From assembly GCF_022045235.1 (NCBI RefSeq), contig NW_027266343.1, forward strand, positions 51,680,134 through 51,744,133: 64,000 bases of DNA. Direction: 5' to 3'. Numbering within the stretch: position 1 is the stretch's first letter; every line of letters begins with the position of its first letter. The notes under the pieces were generated by a model. It did not search any database and was not told where the DNA came from. It saw only the letters and a list, made by a program, of their open reading frames with translations. The stretch is from Haliotis cracherodii (lineage: Eukaryota). Below, one piece after another: positions 60,536 to 64,000 of this stretch. The position numbers were made by a program, and so were the translations under genes.

Positions 60536-60660
60536 AGGCGTCGTGGTGGCGTTGGTTCATCATACCGAAGGTCTGTTCTTGATTCCCCTGTCCGAGTGTC
60601 CCATTTCGTGATGTGGCGTGGACATTACCGTTAAAACGGATTAGAATCCTACTCCCCTGA
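60536..60660 (+). mobile_element. Possible short tRNA-related SINE-like element
   Basis: ggcgtcgtggtggcgttggttcatcataccgaaggtctgttcttgattcccctgtccgagtg...ccgttaaaacgg contains a box-B-like GGTTC.TGATTCC and the shared CGTTAAAAC module. It is a single copy, so this is weak. Confidence 0.3.
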
Positions 60661-60974
60661 TCAATGTACAGAGAGAACTTAATGACCGAAGGTACCACAA
60701 TTGCATTTATATATACTCTTCAAAACTGAAACACAATACGGATATTTGGGGCCACAAAAGGAAATTAGCGGACCAAGAGGTGCACAGTGAAGAGGTGTGA
60801 TGTTTTATAGTGTCAGTGACAAATTTCCCGGATCCAAATGATCACAACAAGGACATGCAAACCATTAGTCGGAAAACACGTACGAATCTGAAAACGAATC
60901 CAGGGCATTAACAAAGGGCCATTGAACTGCACGCACTGCTTGGCATCTGCGTCAATCGAACAGTAACAGTTCAA

Positions 60975-61950
60975 CAACATGCCAAGATTAACAGAAGTGC
61001 AACGAAACAACGTCATAGGCCGCTTGCAGGCAGGGGAATCCCGATCAGCTGTAGCCAGGGATTTCAAGGTAGCTCCCAGCACCATCACAAGGCTATGGGA
61101 TCGGTTTCAACAGCTTGGGTCAACACGTGATCGGCAAAGGTCGGGACGGCCAAGTGTAACCACCCTCACCCAGATCGGTACATCCGACTGCTCCACCTAC
61201 GTGAAAGGACGACCACAGCCACCTCAACCGCATCCCAAATACCCGGACTGCGCAGAATCTCCGACCGTACGAAACCGTTTAAGAGCAGCAGGTCTACGAG
61301 CAAGACGTCATGTTCGACGCGTCATATTGAGTCGACAACATCGGTGTCGTCAATAGAGGGCATGGTCTCAACTACGATGGAGAGATGTCTGGTTTAGCAA
61401 CGAATAAAGATTTCTCCTCCGTCGAGGGGATGGAAGAGCACGGGTCTGCATACGTCGGGGAAAATGTTACGCCAGCATACAGGAAGTGGACAGGTTTGGT
61501 GGGGGTAGCGTAATGATGTGGGCGGCTATCTCTCATCATGGCATCATGACAGGTTTGGTCCATATCCAGGGCAATCGTAAGGCTCAACTATATATCAACG
61601 AAATTCTCCTACCACACGTCCTCACCAACTGGAGCCAACGGCAACGGTGTTTTCTAGCAGGACAACGCTCGACCGCATACAGCATGGATCACAAGAGCCT
61701 GTCTACACAACAAGAACGTTGATGTTCTCCCCTGGCCCTCCAGATCCCCGGATTTGAACCCGATAGAGCACCTGTGAGATGAATTGGATAGACGGCTACG
61801 CCGACGTCAACCACAATCCCAGACGCTGCAGCAGTTGGCTTTTGCGTTGCAGGCCGAGTGGGCTACCATTCCCAGGATGTGATTCGCATAATCGTGTCTT
61901 CCGTGGGCAGGAGATGTAAGCCCGCTATCGATTCCAACGGGGGACGTACG
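60975..61950 (+). mobile_element. Tc1-like transposase element, frame-shifted pseudogene
   Basis: MPRLTEVQRNNVIGRLQAGESRSAVARDFKVAPSTITRLWDRFQQLGSTRDRQRSGRP... (HTH), ...GGGSVMMWAAISHHG...YINEIL..., ...LPWPSRSPDLNPIEHL.DELDRRLRRR... in different frames. Confidence 0.85.
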
Positions 61951-62211
61951 CGTTATTGAGGGTAGCTGACCTTCACCTTGGACTTTTCCAATTTACCGAT
62001 AACTGAGATGACTAAATTCACCAAGTGTTCTCTCCACAACATTCTGGCTCAATACCTTGTACGGGTCCTCGTTTAAATGTATTTTCATACCTCACACAAA
62101 TCTGGCTTGGCGTTTCTTTTTTAGAAGAGTAACTAAATACTGTTTTTGCTATTTATCATGAAAAAGGGTATAATATTAAAACACCAACATCAGTAACAAT
62201 ACAAATCATGA

Positions 62212-62215
<4 letters not shown>

Positions 62216-62258
<43 letters not shown>

Positions 62259-62280
62259 TTATTATTATTATTATTAATAG
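62216..62280. repeat. (TAC)n followed by (TAT)n microsatellite
   Basis: tactactactactactactactactactactactactattattattattatta. Confidence 0.95.
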
Positions 62281-62475
62281 TTTTCTAAAACGAGCCAGGG
62301 ATGTGGGACAAACTGTCAGTGTTGATTATGTTGATGGTTCTGTACTGCTGGACGGTACAGAAATGAGTGTCAACCAAGCGAAGTGCCAAATCAAGCCAGC
62401 CCAGACTCAGTTTTTCAAGGAGAGGCTTCCTGAGCGACCACTGCATCGAGTTTATGTGCAGAGTCCTTCGCTTGG

Positions 62476-63160
62476 ATGAAGTCGGCTGGCCAGAAAAGTG
62501 AAACAGATGGTACTCTGTTTCCTGCTCAGGACCAGTCACTTCCCACTCGAAACCGTCAATGTGTGATTTTGTATCAAAATGTAAATATGAAATGTAGATT
62601 ATGTAATGAATTTAAAGAGACTGTCCAACACATTGTCAGTGGATACCCAGATTTGGCACAAACACAGCATCTTAAGCGACATGATGGACAGGCTCGATCA
62701 TTTTATTAGGACCCGGAATATGTAGAGGGCGTCATGGAAAATTTATAAAGACAAAATTGTTTAGAATAGGCCCTTTTTCAGCCTCAGACGTATCCAGGCC
62801 AACAAACCTGATCTTGTCCTTTTTGATAAATCCAATGAAATCATTTATATTATTGAATTTTCTGTCCCTTTTAAACACCAATAATGTGATTGACAAGATT
62901 CAGGAAAAACATGGCAAATATACAGACCTCGCTTTTGAAATGTCACGCCTGCATCCCAAGTACCAAGTTGTCCGACTCCCCATTATTCTGGGTGCCTTAG
63001 GTTTGGTACCTCCCAATCTGTTGACTGACATTGGGAGAGTACCCGGGTTTGCTACCAGGAATATAGCCCTTCTGATAATCTTGGTAATGCAGAAGACTCC
63101 AGTTTTGGGGAGTCTTCACATTCTCCGAAACGTTCTGGGTGGGTTTGACTAAGCTTGGGA
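62476..63160 (+). mobile_element. LINE ORF2 C-terminal fragment (zinc-finger-like C..C...H...C motif plus conserved C-terminal tail), frame-shifted
   Basis: ...CRLCNEFKETVQHIVSGYPDLAQTQHLKRHD... and ...HGKYTDLAFEMSRLHPKYQVVRLPIILGALGLVPPNLLTDIGRVP...LLIILVMQKTPVLGSLHILRNVLG... match my recollection of the C-terminal segment of many invertebrate non-LTR ORF2 proteins (...KYQDL..E..R.W......VIP.VIGALG.V...L...L..L.........QK.A.LGTA.ILRKVL). Confidence 0.6.
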
Positions 63161-63499
63161 GAAGTCCCATTCGCTCTCTGGACTGCGTGTAGAGGGGGCA
63201 AGGGCCCTGAGCTGATGATGAGCCTAACCAGCCTGACTGTGCCAGGATCACCCAAACCCTCTCTGCTGCGTTTTCTATTTTTTTCTGTAAATAAAAATAA
63301 TGACAAATACATTTAAATTCTGTCATTGTTAATATCTCATCGATGACTGCTACATCTTAAAGCATCTTATTTTTCCACAACAGTTTCATTTTTTCAGGAG
63401 TAGGCTTATGTATCAAAATAACCAATAGGTAAATTGTCCATCCTTCAACTTACATGAGAATTAACACAGAATGCCCAAATCAAAACAATGCAATTTGTC

Positions 63500-63780
63500 C
63501 AAGAATTGTTTTCTTCAGATATAACAATTATCAGATATCATTCTGTAACTGTCAAATTGCCGATTACCTTCTATTGATTTACCCACCTGAACTGGGCATA
63601 AAGAAGGCCTGTGACACCGCCTCGTCTGTTTCATATTTCGATATATGCATAAAGATTGAGAGTGACAAACACTCTCGTCTAGACTGTATGACAAGAGGGA
63701 TGACTTTCGAACTTTCCAATGGTCAACTTTTCCTTTATGTCGAGCAACATTCCAGCAGCTCCAGCCCTTGCAAGTAAGTT
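63500..63780 (+). mobile_element. Second fragment of the LYDKRDDF-type repeated ORF family
   Basis: ...DTASSVSYFDICIKIESDKHSRLDCMTRGMTFELSNGQLFLYVEQHSS... is homologous to the minus-strand peptide at 47930-48310. Confidence 0.4.
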
Positions 63781-64000
63781 TAGCAACACTGTTCATATTT
63801 AAAGTAAAATATGATGAATAGAGCTGTTGTGTGTGATGCCTCAATCACAACTACCTTCTCGTATTAACATAAATACAAAGAATACATCTTGGGGTTTATT
63901 TGAAGGAAATCTGTCCACATAATACAAGTAAATATAAAAAGATTATTTTTTCAATGTTAATGCATTAAACAAATATGACCACTAACCAGTTTCTATCGGT

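Overview
This window is eukaryotic DNA, most likely an invertebrate metazoan. Several repeat families resemble those I associate with molluscan genomes, but I cannot confirm the lineage from sequence alone. The evidence for a eukaryotic origin is the canonical GT-AG introns, the high AT content, and a very dense load of interspersed and tandem repeats. It is not a prokaryotic locus: there are no operons and no CRISPR arrays. I reconstructed three host genes by hand from splice consensus, phase bookkeeping, and remembered protein families. (1) A PC-esterase-domain-containing-1 (PCED1/FAM113, SGNH/GDSL hydrolase-like) homolog on the + strand, with four coding exons at 7751-7826, 8750-8829, 9326-9558 and 15427-16213. 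(2) A previously uncharacterised gene for a secreted protein of about 333 aa on the - strand, with six phase-consistent exons (46594-46804, 43103-43216, 42192-42422, 40784-40949, 39907-40025, 38477-38637), a signal peptide, and a Cys-rich N-terminal region followed by possibly beta-propeller-like repeats. (3) The 3' end (last two coding exons, 60395-60487 and 60052-60236, - strand) of a METTL27/WBSCR27-like class-I methyltransferase gene. The rest of the window is mobile and repetitive DNA. It includes at least four tRNA-derived SINE families that share a conserved 3' module (GCGGCGTTAAAAC). Many copies carry target-site duplications, which indicates recent activity. There are five degenerate Tc1-like transposase pseudogenes, two LINE ORF2 fragments, a Crypton/DIRS-like tyrosine-recombinase fragment, other retroelement RT fragments, and a TIR-bounded MITE of about 550 bp present twice in PCED1 introns. 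There are many satellites with periods of 21, 23, 38, 45, 61, about 66 and about 115 bp, plus several microsatellites. The most unusual local structures are as follows. A tandem SINE dimer has its CT-rich tail sitting directly at the acceptor site of the secreted gene's last exon. An inverted SINE pair lies inside a PCED1 intron. A 70-bp hairpin-containing motif is conserved in three copies. A 45-bp satellite family is spread over more than 6 kb around a Tc1 element. All homology statements come from my memory of protein families. No database search was run.
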